A stretch of DNA of 64,000 bases. Source: Mobula hypostoma. Its lineage: Eukaryota. The DNA lies in the NCBI RefSeq assembly GCF_963921235.1, contig NC_086097.1:161574001-161638000 (forward strand). Reading direction: 5' to 3'. Under the pieces are notes generated by a model. It was not told the DNA's origin, searched no databases, and saw nothing but the letters and a program-made list of their open reading frames with translations. Shown here in pieces: positions 53,136 through 64,000 of the stretch. Every line of letters starts with the position of its first letter. Within the stretch, counting starts at the first letter, position 1. The position numbers and the translations under genes are program-made.

Positions 53136-54824
53136 CAGGTGTCCCCCACTTTTTGAACGTTCGCTTTATGGAACCTCACTGTTATGAAAGACATACATTA
53201 GTTACCTGTTTTCGCTAACAGAAGGTGTATTCACTGTTACGAAAAAAGGCAGCACGTGGGAAAAGCAGCGTGCGATAAAAATCAGCGTGCGAGAAAACGT
53301 AGCGCACGCCCCGAGCAGCCACTCTCCCCCCGGATTTGGAACTGCATTCTCGCCAGCATTGCTTAAACACTTGCTTGTGAGCAGCCGTTAGCAAGATGAG
53401 TTCTAAGGTATCGGAAAAGCCTAAAAGAGCTCATAAGGGTGTTACACTTAGCGTAAAACTGGATATAAATAAGCATTTCGATCGTGGTGAACAATTAAGG
53501 ACAAAGTGAGTTTGGCTTGTGGAAGTTGACGAAGATGATGTTGAAGAGGTTTTGGCATCCCACGACCAAGAACAGATAGATGAAGAGCTGATGCAATTGG
53601 AAGAGGAAAGGATAACAATCGAAATCGAATGAAGTAGCGAACGGACTGAAAGTGAATCGTCCAGGAAGTGAACGTGAAGCAACTGCGTGAGATTTTCACT
53701 GCAATGATAAAGTATGACTTTAATTTTGAAAGGGTACGTCGGTTTAGGGCATATTGGCAAGGTGGTTTGAGTGTTACGAAGAACTGTATGATAGAAAAAT
53801 GCGTGAAGCTAGCAGTCAAGCATACTGTCATTTTTCAAGCCTTCCACATCAGCCACAGCAGACGACCAACCTCGACCTTCGACATCGAGGCAGGCAGACA
53901 TAGAAGAAGATGACCTGCCTGCCCTAATGGAAACAGATGACGATGAGATGACACTCCAGTGTCCCACCACCCCAACCTCCGAGCCGCGGACAGATACCAA
54001 TTCGCAGAGAATGCAGCGGTAGCCGGGAGGCACACAGCACATCTTTAAGAAAAAAGCCAAGATAAACAAGGTAATTAATTAGGTGCCGCCCGGCACATAA
54101 ATGATGGCCCAGATCAGAGGCGATGCAATCGGCAATCGCCTCTGATCTGGGCCGACAATTAGGTGCCAGGCGGCACCTAATTAATTAGCTTGTTTATTTC
54201 GGCTTTTCTCTTAAAGATGTGTTGTGTCCCTCCCGGCTATCACTGTACACCTAGATGCTTCGCGGATCGGTATCAGTCAGCGGCCCGGAGGGTAGAGGCC
54301 ACTGCATCACCCCAATCTCCGACAACTCAGCCTAACACACCATCATCAGTGTGCTCGCTGTCTTCCTGATTCCAGTAAGTGATACTACACTGTACATACA
54401 TTATTTCTACTTCATATCGATTGTGTATTTTTACTTGTTATTTGGTATGTTTTGGCTGGCTGGCTTCCTAGCTTAAAGGTTACTGGAGAGATTGTTTTTG
54501 CCAATAGTGCTTGCGCCGTGTTTCTGCCGAGAGCGCTTGTGTGAGATTTTCGCTACGGAGAACAGTTCAGTAATGATTGTGGAATAGTATTTCCACTTTA
54601 TATAGTCTGTGTATTTATCATATCATTCCTGCTTTTACTATATGTTACTGTTATTTTAGGTTTTATGTGTTATTTGGCATGATTTGGTAGGTTATTTTTG
54701 CGTCTGCGAACGCTCATAAATTTTTTCCACATAAATAGATGGTAATTGCTTCTTCGCTTTACGACATTCCACTCACGAACCGTTTCACAGGAACACTCTA
54801 CCTTCGGATGGCGGGGGAAACCTG
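53136..54824 (+). mobile_element. Tigger-type MITE copy 3 (longest)
   Basis: TA TSDs at 53134-35 and 54825-26, TIRs caggtgtccccc and gggggaaacctg; interrupts CR1 ORF2 at LGCI. Confidence 0.92.
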
Positions 54825-55312
54825 TAATGTGCTTAATGGAGTTCAAGTCTAGAGACATTCCCCTTAAGCTGTATAATGCACTTTTGAGGCCACACCTTGA
54901 ATACTGTGTACAATTTTGGTCTCCATATTGTGTGAAGGATGTGAAGGCACTGGACAGAGTCCAGAGAAGGGCGACTAAACACATTCCAGGTCTTCAGGGT
55001 ATGAACTATGAAGAAAGATTGAAAGAATTAAATCTTCTTCGTCTAAGTAGATGTAGAATGAGAGGAGACATGATAGAACTGTTCAAAATCATTAAGGGTA
55101 CAAGTAAAGTGCATGCCAGCTGCTACTTCAAAAGTGAACTATCATCAAGCACACGTGGCTGTAGTTAGAGACTGGTTAAGGAGAAATTTCAGGCTAACAT
55201 CAGGAAGCATTTCTTTACAGAGTGAGTTGTGGACACATGGAACAAGCTACCCAGTTGTGTAGTTAACAGGAGTACCTTAGAGACTTTCAAATCTAAACTT
55301 GATAGTTACTTC

Positions 55313-56169
55313 TGTTACGAGAATACACATAAAATTAAGATGTTTGCTGGCCTGGGCTAGCATCAGTGGCATCAGCAGTTGGTCTGCCACCTGCCCTCAG
55401 GGGAAGGAGAGATAAGGAACAATGGAGCAGCGTCTGGAGATGTGTAATGAAGGGATGTGGGAGGAAGAGCTGTCTGGAGCGGCTCCCCCCTTTGAACCCT
55501 GAACTGTTTGAAGTGATGGACAGGCGATACCCCAGCAGGGGGATAAAAAGGGACAGGTTCGCTAAGACAGACACACGCCACCCGAGGTAACGAGACCCTG
55601 GAAGCGGTACGCTTCTCACGAGTGGGTGAGAAGTGCCAGACAACGACCAGGGTGGAAAGGTACGATCAGCGGGAACCCGGTGTGTGTCCGCCCTTGCCTG
55701 GGTGCCGGGTTCACTGCAGAGGATCGACCGCATCTGGAGGAGGGGTCACAGTCGGTGACCTCAGGTGACATCACCAAGGACCCGCCCAAATGCTGTTTGT
55801 GAGCCATCCCGCTGGTCTGTGAGTGAAGCAGTGTTCTGAATGATCAGTTGTTCCTATTCTGTCTCTCTTCCCCCACCTTGTCCATCGCCATGGCAACGAT
55901 TACTGCGAACTGAACTACAAACTGGACTGAACTTTGAGTCATTTTGAAATTGGTCATTTACCCCTAGACAACGATAGAGCTTGATTGATGCTGTTATCTT
56001 AATTCTGTGCACATGTGCGTTTATCATCGCTGAACTGTTGCATTTATTATCCTTTCGATTAATGTGTTGCTTGTTTCTTTAATAAAACTTTCTTAGTTCT
56101 AGTACTCCAGACTCCAACTGAGTGATCCATTTCTGCTGGTTTGGCAACCCAGTTACGGGGTACGTAACA
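55313..56169 (+). mobile_element. Solo LTR (857 bp, Gypsy-like)
   Basis: Terminal inverted TGTTACG...CGTAACA, exact 4-bp TSD cttc, TATA-like ggataaaa near 55541 and AATAAA near 56081. Confidence 0.88.
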
Positions 56170-56968
56170 CTTCAACAAACTATGTGAATAGGAATTTGGC
56201 ATGCTTTATTGGGCCAAATGGCCTGGGTTTGTCAAAAACTTTCTAATGCTCTAATTTTCTAATTTAGACTATTGCGTTCAATTCTAGTCACCTTGTTTCA
56301 GGAAGGATGTGGACGCTTTGGAAAATGTGCAGAGGTTTACCAGTATGCTACCTGGTTTGGAGGTTATGTGAGAGGCTTGATAAGATTTTTTTCTCTAGAG
56401 CACTGGAGGCTGAGGGGAAATACAAAAGAAATTGATAAAATTATGTGAGGGATAAAGTGTACAACCAGCTTCTTTTTCCCATGACTGAAGAAAGGTACTG
56501 GGCGGCATGAAGAGTACTTAAGTTGAGAGGTGGAAGTACAAGGAGGTGTAAAAGACAAGCTTTTTTTAAAAAGAGTTGTGGGAGCCTGCAATGCACTGCT
56601 GGGGTGGTGATAGAGGCAGATAGCATCGGAGCATTTAAGAGATTCATGGATAGGAACGTGATTGTGCAGTAAAAGGCAGGATATAGTCAATGTGTGGGGA
56701 AGAAGGATTAAATTATTTAGGAGTCATTGGTTTAATTAGTTTGGCAGAGCATCGTGGTTTGAAGGGCAGTGTTCTATTGAGTTTATATATAGGCCAAACC
56801 AGACTGAAGGAAGAGGAAATCTCTGGTTTCATGATTTCTGTTGGCGAGAAGTGTTTTAATATTTTAGATTTAATTAATTACTTAACACTGAATTGTCTTC
56901 ATTGTAGGCACCAGCCTACAAAGTACCCAGGACATCTTCAAGAAGTGGTGTCTCAGAAAGGCAGCGTC

Positions 56969-57512
56969 TGTTAGAGTGAGTTTTTTGGGTAGATGATTTG
57001 TTTACACTTAAATGACTTTGGCCACCAGACTTCTATTTGACAAAGTACTGTGGATTGAGTCCACAACACTGCGCTTCCTAAAAAGGTGTGAATATCAGAT
57101 GCTTCTGGCGCCGTAGTTCGACCTGATGCTGTAATTTCAAAGACAGTATTATATATACACATTATAAATATTAATTGTCTTCTGTGTTAGCAGGTAAAAT
57201 GCCAAATAAATGTATTGTAGATTTAACTAAAGGCTGTGGATACCAACCCAGACATGCTGGCGTCGGAAGGAAAGGATGAAATCCGAAGGTGATGTTTGTA
57301 TGTAGCTTCAAAAGGAAGCATTGTCTATAACTTTTTATGTAGCGATTGCCTTTGTGTTTAGCGTATAAATATCGAGCCCACATTGAACTAGCAGACCTTT
57401 CTGCAGAAAGCGTCTCCATCCGTATAATGCCTGCGTGTTGTGTCGAATAAAGAAGCTGCTTTGTATCTACCAGTGACTCTGTCTCTCCGGTGATTTTATC
57501 CATGCTACAACA
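56969..57512 (+). mobile_element. Solo LTR (544 bp) inserted in a Rex/Babar 3' fragment (~56915-57870)
   Basis: TGTT...AACA ends, exact 5-bp TSD gcgtc, AATAAA near 57446. The host reads KAASIIKD..HPGH..FSLLPSGRRYRSL across the insertion. Confidence 0.82.
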
Positions 57513-59239
57513 GCGTCTATTATTAAAGACCTCCAGCACCCAGGGCATGCTCCTTTCTCACTGTTACCATCAGGTAGGAGATACAGAAGCCTGAAGGTAC
57601 ACACTCAGCGATTCAGGAACAGCTTCTTCCTCTCTGCCATCCGATTCCCAAATGGACTTTAAAGCTTTGGACACTACCTCACTTTTTTAATATACAGTAT
57701 TTCTGTTTTTATACATTTTTTAATAATCTATTCAATATACGTAATTGATTTACCTGTTTATGTTTTATTCTATTATCATTTTTTCTCTCTGCTAGATTAT
57801 GTATTGCATTGAACTGCTGCTGCTAAATTAACAAATTTCACATCACATGCCAGTGAAAATAAACCTGTTTTGAATTGCCCAGCTACCATGAACTCATGTT
57901 GCTGCATCAATGATACCGTACCTTATTTAACACACCATTAAAAAGTATACATCACAATGTCAGTTTGTATTTAAAGTTTTTGGCATTGATTAATTTGAAA
58001 AGATTCTATTCAAAGCCTCGTTGAAAACTGTTAACATTCCCACTGACTCAAGGATTCCTGATCAAAGTGGAGAAGGAGTTTTTGACTGGTATGTAGAGTC
58101 CATGAATTGAAAGCACAAAGAAAGGTTATGTGACAGAAAAGAGAACACAGCATTCACAAATTACCCACTCATCTGTCAAGCAAGCCTTGCCCCATGGAGG
58201 ATCTTACATTGATCATACAAGTCACCTCAGAACCTTCCAAACCAGAGGGGAAGCAAATCATCCATGATCCCAGGACACGGCCTAAGTAGATTGATGACTT
58301 TTTATGTGACACCTTTATGTTCAAAATGAAAGCCTGGAACCAAATTTGTTTTTAGTAGTATTGTGCAAACAGTAAAGTGGTGTTGACTGATAATATGTCT
58401 CAGTAATGTTGGGCGAAACAGCAATCATGTCAGTGAGAAGATCTTCATTGCTCTTTTTTAAAAGAGTGTTGTCAATGTAAACAAACATTTACAGCTTTAA
58501 ATTTAAAGCAATATACAAATAAAAGGAAATGTGAGTAATTAATAAATTTTGTAATTGATGAAAGTAGTAAAACTGAAAGTACTCAACAATGAGTTGGCAA
58601 TCTGCATTCCTAAGAGTTACAAAAAGATCTATCTATAAAGGCAAAGATGTCTAGAACCCCCATCGCTCCCCAGCCCAATGCTGCCCCAATTTTGGCCCAG
58701 GTCCTCCTGCATCACTAACCCAATACTGGCCGTGGTATGGTCCCAATAATGCCTCTTCTTGGTCCAGGTAACAACGTGGTGGCACCCGAGATTTTTTCTT
58801 GCTGGTGCTACAGTGGGGCTGAATTATTCAGTGATGGTGCTGAGGGATGTACCCTATGGTAATATGTATTCGCAAGGCCAGACGCGTGGCGGTCAAAAGT
58901 CAGTTTCAAGCATTATGTGCCTACTATAAATGCCCCTGTTGATTCACAAGAAACAGCAATTGAAAAATATAATATAGAAGTGAATTGTGACAGTGTCAAC
59001 AGCATCGGAGACAACCTGGGCTACACAGAGCATAAACAAACAAACCAAAGCATCCGATCCACAGCGCACAACGTGAATCACGCACCAATCCCGCAAGCAG
59101 CGTCAAATGCGTGCTTTTCAACCGAAAAACCTAACACTAACCCACAATGTTCACTGCTATTCACTTTACATAGACAGACAATGCCAAAAGATACACCGTT
59201 ATTAAAGTCAAGTAAGGCAAACAACAGATGCAAGGCTTT

Positions 59240-60420
59240 AGACAATAGACAATAGGCAATAGGCGCAGGAGTAGACAATAGGCAATAGGCGCAATAGGCC
59301 ATTCGGCCCTTCGAGCCAGCACCGCCATTCACTGTGATCATGGCTGATCGTCCACTATCAGTATCCAGTTCCTGTCTTATCCCCATAACCTTTGATTCCA
59401 CTATCTTTAAGAGCTCTATCCATCTCTTTCTTGAAAGCATCCAGAGACTTGGCCTCCACAGTCTTCTGGGGCAGAGCATTCCATATATCCACCACTCTCT
59501 GGGTGAAAAAGTTTTTCCTCAACTCTGTTCTAAATGGCCTACCCCTTATTCTTAAACTGTGGCCTCTGGTTCTGGACTCACCCATCAGTGGGAACATGCT
59601 TCCTGCCTCCAGCGTGTCCAATCCTTTAATAATCTTATATGTTTCAATAAGATCCCCTCTCAGTCTTCTAAATTCCAGAGTATACAAGCCCAGTCGCTCC
59701 AATCTTTCGACGTATGACAGTCCCGCCATCCTGGGAATTAACCTTGTGAACCTACGCTGCACTCCCTCAATAGCAAGAATGTCCTTCCTCAAATTTGGAG
59801 ACCAAAACTGCACACAGTACTCCAGGTGTGGTCTCACCAGGGCCCTGTACAGTTGTAGAAGGACCTCTTTGCTCTTATACTCAATTCCCCTTGTTATGAA
59901 GGCCAGCATGCCATTAGCTTTCTTCACTGCCTGCTGTACTTGCATGCTTGCTTTCAGTGACTAATGTACAAGAACACCTAGATCTCGTTGTGCTTCTCCT
60001 TTTCCTAACTTGACTCCATTTAGATAATAATCTGCCTTCCCGTTCTTACCACCAAAGTGGATAACCTCACATTTATCCACATTAAACTGCATCTGCCAAC
60101 TCACCCAGCCTGTCCAAGTCACCCTGCATTCTCATAACATCCTCCTCACATTTCACACTGCCACCCAGCTTTGTGTCATCAGCAAATTTGCTAATATTAC
60201 TTTTAATTCCCTCATCTAAATATATATTGTAAACAGCTGCGGTCCCAGCACTGAACCCCGCAGTACCCCACTGGTCACCACCTACCATTCCGAAAGGGGC
60301 CTGTTAATTGCTACTCTTTGTTTTCTGTCAGCCAGCCAATTTTCAATCCATGTCAGGACTCTGCCTCCAATACCATGTGCCCTAATTTTGCCCACTAATC
60401 TCCTATGTGGGACTTTACCA
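59240..60420 (-). mobile_element. CR1 LINE 3' portion with open ORF2 C-terminus
   Basis: ORF 59358..59945 has LVRPHLEYCVQFWSP and RRLRGDLIETYKI; KFADDTKLGG upstream; tail of (ctattg(t/c))-like repeats. Confidence 0.92.
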
Positions 60421-61686
60421 GGAGTTGGACAAATCGTACTCTGACCATGCAATACCTCAATTAATTCGGCTACTGAATTTAAAACAAAAATCAACAGAAT
60501 TACCGCTTGGAAGTCTAAGCAAAACCAGTAGACTTAATAGCAGTAAATGTAATAGTTTAGGATTTGCAGGAAACATAAGGACTATGGGGTATCCACCACA
60601 AAATAATAATAAGAATACTCAGCATTAGTTTTGGCCCAAATTTTTTTAAAAATCAACTGCACTCACAATTGATGTTTTCAGAGAAGTACAATCTGTCTGT
60701 TGTTGTGACTGGTGGTGAAAGCATCAATGATTTTCTGGATGTCAAGTGCTTTGGTCCTCCGGCTGCTTATGGCCAACAGGGCTAAGTAGCTGTTCCAAGC
60801 ATCACTGCTGCTATTTCTTAGGTAGTTTTTGAGGCGTATTCAACAAGATAAACTCCGTTTGCATGAGGAGATGTCACAGGTAGAGTCAGTGATATGCGGA
60901 TTAGTTTGTATAAATCTATAAATGCATCGCGGCAGGGTCTCATTGAAGCTAGAAATTCCACAGTGTCATTCACTCTCTGTCCTTGCTAGAGACTCAACCA
61001 CAGCTCTCATATACTCACGATTTTCTTGGACAATCTTTGCCCTTGTCAAGCATATTTCCCAATCTTGAATCATCTTGTTTTCTCAATCTGAATTCGGCCC
61101 GTGCTTCCATAGCAAACTTATGAGCTGCACTTATATGGTGGGTTTTGAAAGCTGTTGTAGTTTTCCACCAGTTGCAGTAACCGGTGACAGTGAAGGTAGA
61201 CTCAGAATGGAACCCATGTCCTCCATACAGGAAATGCCTGCATGTGAAGCAGAACGTAGTACCTTTCGTGATCGAATATTCCAGTCAGTCAAACCAGCCA
61301 CAAATAAAACTCCTCTGCTGATTGCCAAGCTTGTTCCAATCAGCGAAGGGTACTTTCTCAATGCTGGCCAACGGGGTCCTTCCTCAGGCTGCTGGCTAAC
61401 ATCACTGACAGTATTGCCACTAGCACTAAGAGCAACTTCATCCACGTTCTCTTCCAAATCCCGTTCCATTTCTTGTTCTTCCACCTCGTCCTCGCACTCC
61501 TTCGATGAACTACTGTTGTCCTCATCCCCACTTACTTGTTTCTGCATGTCACTTTCAATTAAGACATGCTCAGGCCGAGACACCAGTGATTCCTCTGGTT
61601 GAGGTCGTTGTCTCACTAAAAATTGATCCATTTTTCATGCTGGCCAAAATAATGCACGTGCCAGGCCCACGCTAGCTTGTAAAAAC

Positions 61687-61688
<2 letters not shown>

Positions 61689-61746
<58 letters not shown>
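61689..61746. repeat. (TG)29 microsatellite
   Basis: Perfect dinucleotide run read directly from the sequence. Confidence 0.98.
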
Positions 61747-61748
<2 letters not shown>

Positions 61749-62229
61749 TGAGAGTGATCCGTTAGTATCGCGAGACAATGGATCTGCCCCTGGATGTATA
61801 CTATCAATCTCTCGCATGGGTGAGAGTGAGTGATGTCACCACCTGAAGTGATCTGAGATCAGTTTAACTGATCTGAGGACAGCAACGGCAAGACATTGAC
61901 GACGAACAAATAAGCAGAAATGTAGAGTGGATCTGACAGAGTTTATAACTTTATTACTGCATGGGTGCTGTGGTACTTGAGGGCGCAATTTCACTAGATC
62001 AACTGGAAAAACAAGCTGCATTGAAAACTATACAGAGAATGCAAAGCAGCTGCAACTGTATGTGAAATTTCACTTAATTTCTTGGTGGTGCTACGCTGGT
62101 GCTATTGCAATTTCTGCTGGGCCTATAGCACCAGCTAGTACCACCTTAGCGCCGCCCGTGGTTTTACTGATGAATAACAATAGAATACCTGTGTATTAAG
62201 ATTCACATTGGTTAGACAAGCTTGAAGAA

Positions 62230-64000
62230 CAAGAACAAGACTGCGCAGACGTGTGACGTCGGGCAGTGAAGCGCGGGAGATTTAAAAGGAACAGAGCTTC
62301 GTACAGTGGGCAGCATAGTTTGCGGGCGGCAGAGTGAGCCGGGAGCACAGTGAAGGCTTAAGGGCTTTGGCTCAACGGGCTTAGGCGGAAACGGGTAAGG
62401 TGAGGAAGGTTTGGTATTCATTTTTTGTTGTTATTTGAGGAGAGGGGCAGTATGAGGGTAAGGGCAGCTTGTTGTTCTAGGTGCCGGATGTGGGAGGCCC
62501 TGGAGTCTCCAAGCCTCCCGGACGTCCACATCTGCGCCAGGTGCACCGAGATGCAGCTCCTAAGGGACCGCGTTAGGGAACTGGAGCTGTAGCTCGATGA
62601 CCTTCGTCTGGTCAGGGAGAGCGAGGAGTTGATAGAGAGGAGTTACAGGCAGGTGGTCACACCGGGGCCACGGGAGGCAGACAAGTGGGTCACGGTTAGG
62701 AGGGGGAAGGGGAAGAGTCAGGAAATAGAGAGTACCCCAGTGGCTGTGCCCCTTAACAATAGGTACTCCTGTTTGAGTACTGTTGAGGGGGACAGCTTAC
62801 CTGGGGGAAGTGACAGTAGCCGTGCCTCCGGCACAGAGTCTGGCCCTATAGCTCAGAAGGGTAGGGAAAGGAAGAGGAAGGCAGTTGTAACAGGGGACTC
62901 GATAGTAAGGGGGTCAGATAGGCGATTCTGTGGATGCAGTCCAGAGACCCGGATGGTAGTTTCCCTCCCTGGTGCCAGGGTCCGGGATATTTCTGATCGC
63001 GTCCAAGATATCCTGAAGTGGGAGGGTGAGGAGACAGAGGTCGTGGTACATATAGGTACCAATGACATAGGTAGGAAAAGGGAAGAGGTCCTGAAAGGAG
63101 AATATAGGGAGTTAGGAAGGGAGTTGAGAAAAAGGACCGCAAAGGTAGTAATCTCGGGATTACTGCCTGTGCCACACGACAGTGAGAGTAGGAATGCAAT
63201 GAGGTGGAGGATAAATGCGTGGCTGAGGGATTGGAGCAGGGGGCAAGGATTCAAGTTTTTGGATCATTGGGACCTCTTTTGGCGCGGGTGTGACCCCTAC
63301 AAAAAGGACGGGTTACACTTGAATCCTAGGGGGACCAATACCCTGGCGGGGAGATTTGCGACGGCTACTGAGGTGACTTTAAACTAGAATGGTTGGGGGG
63401 TGGGAAGCAAATTAAAGAGACTAGGAGAGAGGAGGTTAGTTCACAAAAGGGGGATGGGAACAAGTGCAGAGAGACAGAGGGGTGTAAAATGAGGGTAGAA
63501 GCAAAAAGTAGTAATGGCAGGCCAGCAAATCCAGGGCAAAAATCAAAATGGGCCACTTCTCAACAAAATTTTATAAGGGCTAAGAGTGTTGTAAAAGCGA
63601 GCCTGAAGGCTTTGTGTGTCAATGCAAGGAGCATTTGTAACAAGGTGGATGAATTAAAAGTGCAGATTGTTATTAATGAATATGATATAGTTGGGATCAC
63701 AGAGACATGGCTCCAGGGTGACCAAGGATGGGAGCTCAACATTCAGGGATATTCAATATTCAGGAGGGATAGACATGAAAGAAAAGGAGGTGGGGTAGCA
63801 TTGCTGGTTAGAGAGGAGATTAACACAATAGAAAGGAAGGACATTAGCCGGGAGGATGTGGAATCGATATGGGTAGAGCTGCATAACACTAAGGGGCAGA
63901 AAACGCTGGTGGGAGTTGTGTACAGGCCACCTAACAATAGTAGTGAGGTTGGGGATGGTATTAAACAAGAAATTAGAAATGCGTGCAATAAAGGAACAGC
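62230..64000 (+). mobile_element. CR1 LINE 5' end: CpG-rich 5' UTR, ORF1 (62452-63387; Zn finger, coiled coil, SGNH esterase; one TAG at 62590) and start of the ORF2 endonuclease, running off the window
   Basis: CCSRC...HICARC, LRDRVRELEL, GDSIVRG, HIGTND and DGLHLN in ORF1; NARSI.NK.DEL, ITETW, GGGVALLV and GVVYRPP in ORF2. Confidence 0.93.

Larger units (their letters stand above)
51300..56260 (+). mobile_element. Decayed CR1 ORF2 hosting four nested insertions, itself inside an older CR1 (~50990-51235 and ~56265-56780)
   Basis: KSPRPDNIYPRVLKE, QHGFRK.KSC, PQGLV..PLLFLIYINDLD, and ANRMLGC|..MEFKSRD..LYNALLRPHLEYCVQFWSP read through the insertions. Confidence 0.8.
58772..62160 (-). mobile_element. 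Internally deleted hAT transposon (ZMYM1-like transposase remnants) with a nested CR1 and a microsatellite
   Basis: N-terminal ORF 61131..61631 with a TTF-finger remnant (FCFTCRHF, NW.K....F..H) and a hAT dimerisation remnant at ~60680-60960 (LTLPVTS...RLKNYLRNS...LALL...IIDAF). Right end cacgggcggcgc with gctggtgcta subterminal motifs at both ends. The left end is uncertain. Confidence 0.7.

Noticed and set aside
59392..59964. 190-aa plus-strand ORF and similar antisense ORFs (48657..49409, 62853..63254, 61075..61602)
   Set aside because: They are shadow frames opposite transposon coding sequence.
61616..61817. ORFs with HTHTHT repeats
   Set aside because: They are translations of the (TG)29 microsatellite.
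62230..62450. CpG-rich stretch as a possible DENND3 promoter
   Set aside because: It lies directly upstream of CR1 ORF1 and is best explained as the CR1 5' UTR.
1..64000. CRISPR arrays, operons or prokaryotic defence systems
   Set aside because: The sequence is spliceosomal-intron-containing vertebrate DNA and no repeat-spacer arrays were seen.

Overview
Eukaryotic (vertebrate) genomic DNA; the repeat content (V-SINEs, CR1 with SGNH-esterase ORF1, Penelope, Rex/Babar) suggests a cartilaginous fish such as a ray or shark, which is an inference. The window holds the 5' part of a DENND3 orthologue on the minus strand. Six coding exons were reconstructed by hand with canonical GT-AG sites and consistent phases: 27897-27814, 14304-14022, 13336-13221, 10739-10603, 8222-8111 and 3519-3400. 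The gene continues off the left edge and its 5' UTR exon/TSS was not located. Most of the rest is layered transposon debris: CR1, L1/Tx1, Rex/Babar, RTE, Vingi-like, Penelope, BEL/Pao, solo LTRs, Tigger/Tc1/hAT derivatives and SINEs. Main observations: (i) two different CR1 families both end ORF1 with T_TTA_AAC plus a stop and have ORF2 open in the -1 frame from that heptamer, a candidate programmed -1 ribosomal frameshift; (ii) intact minimal hammerhead ribozyme motifs in Penelope fragments; (iii) a heavily decayed retrovirus-like RNaseH-integrase(-env?) remnant missed by the ORF track; (iv) a composite Tigger MITE carrying a ~300-bp palindromic hAT-like module that also occurs in a separate hAT MITE. 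Family assignments come from motif recognition, not database searches, and the boundaries of decayed elements are approximate.
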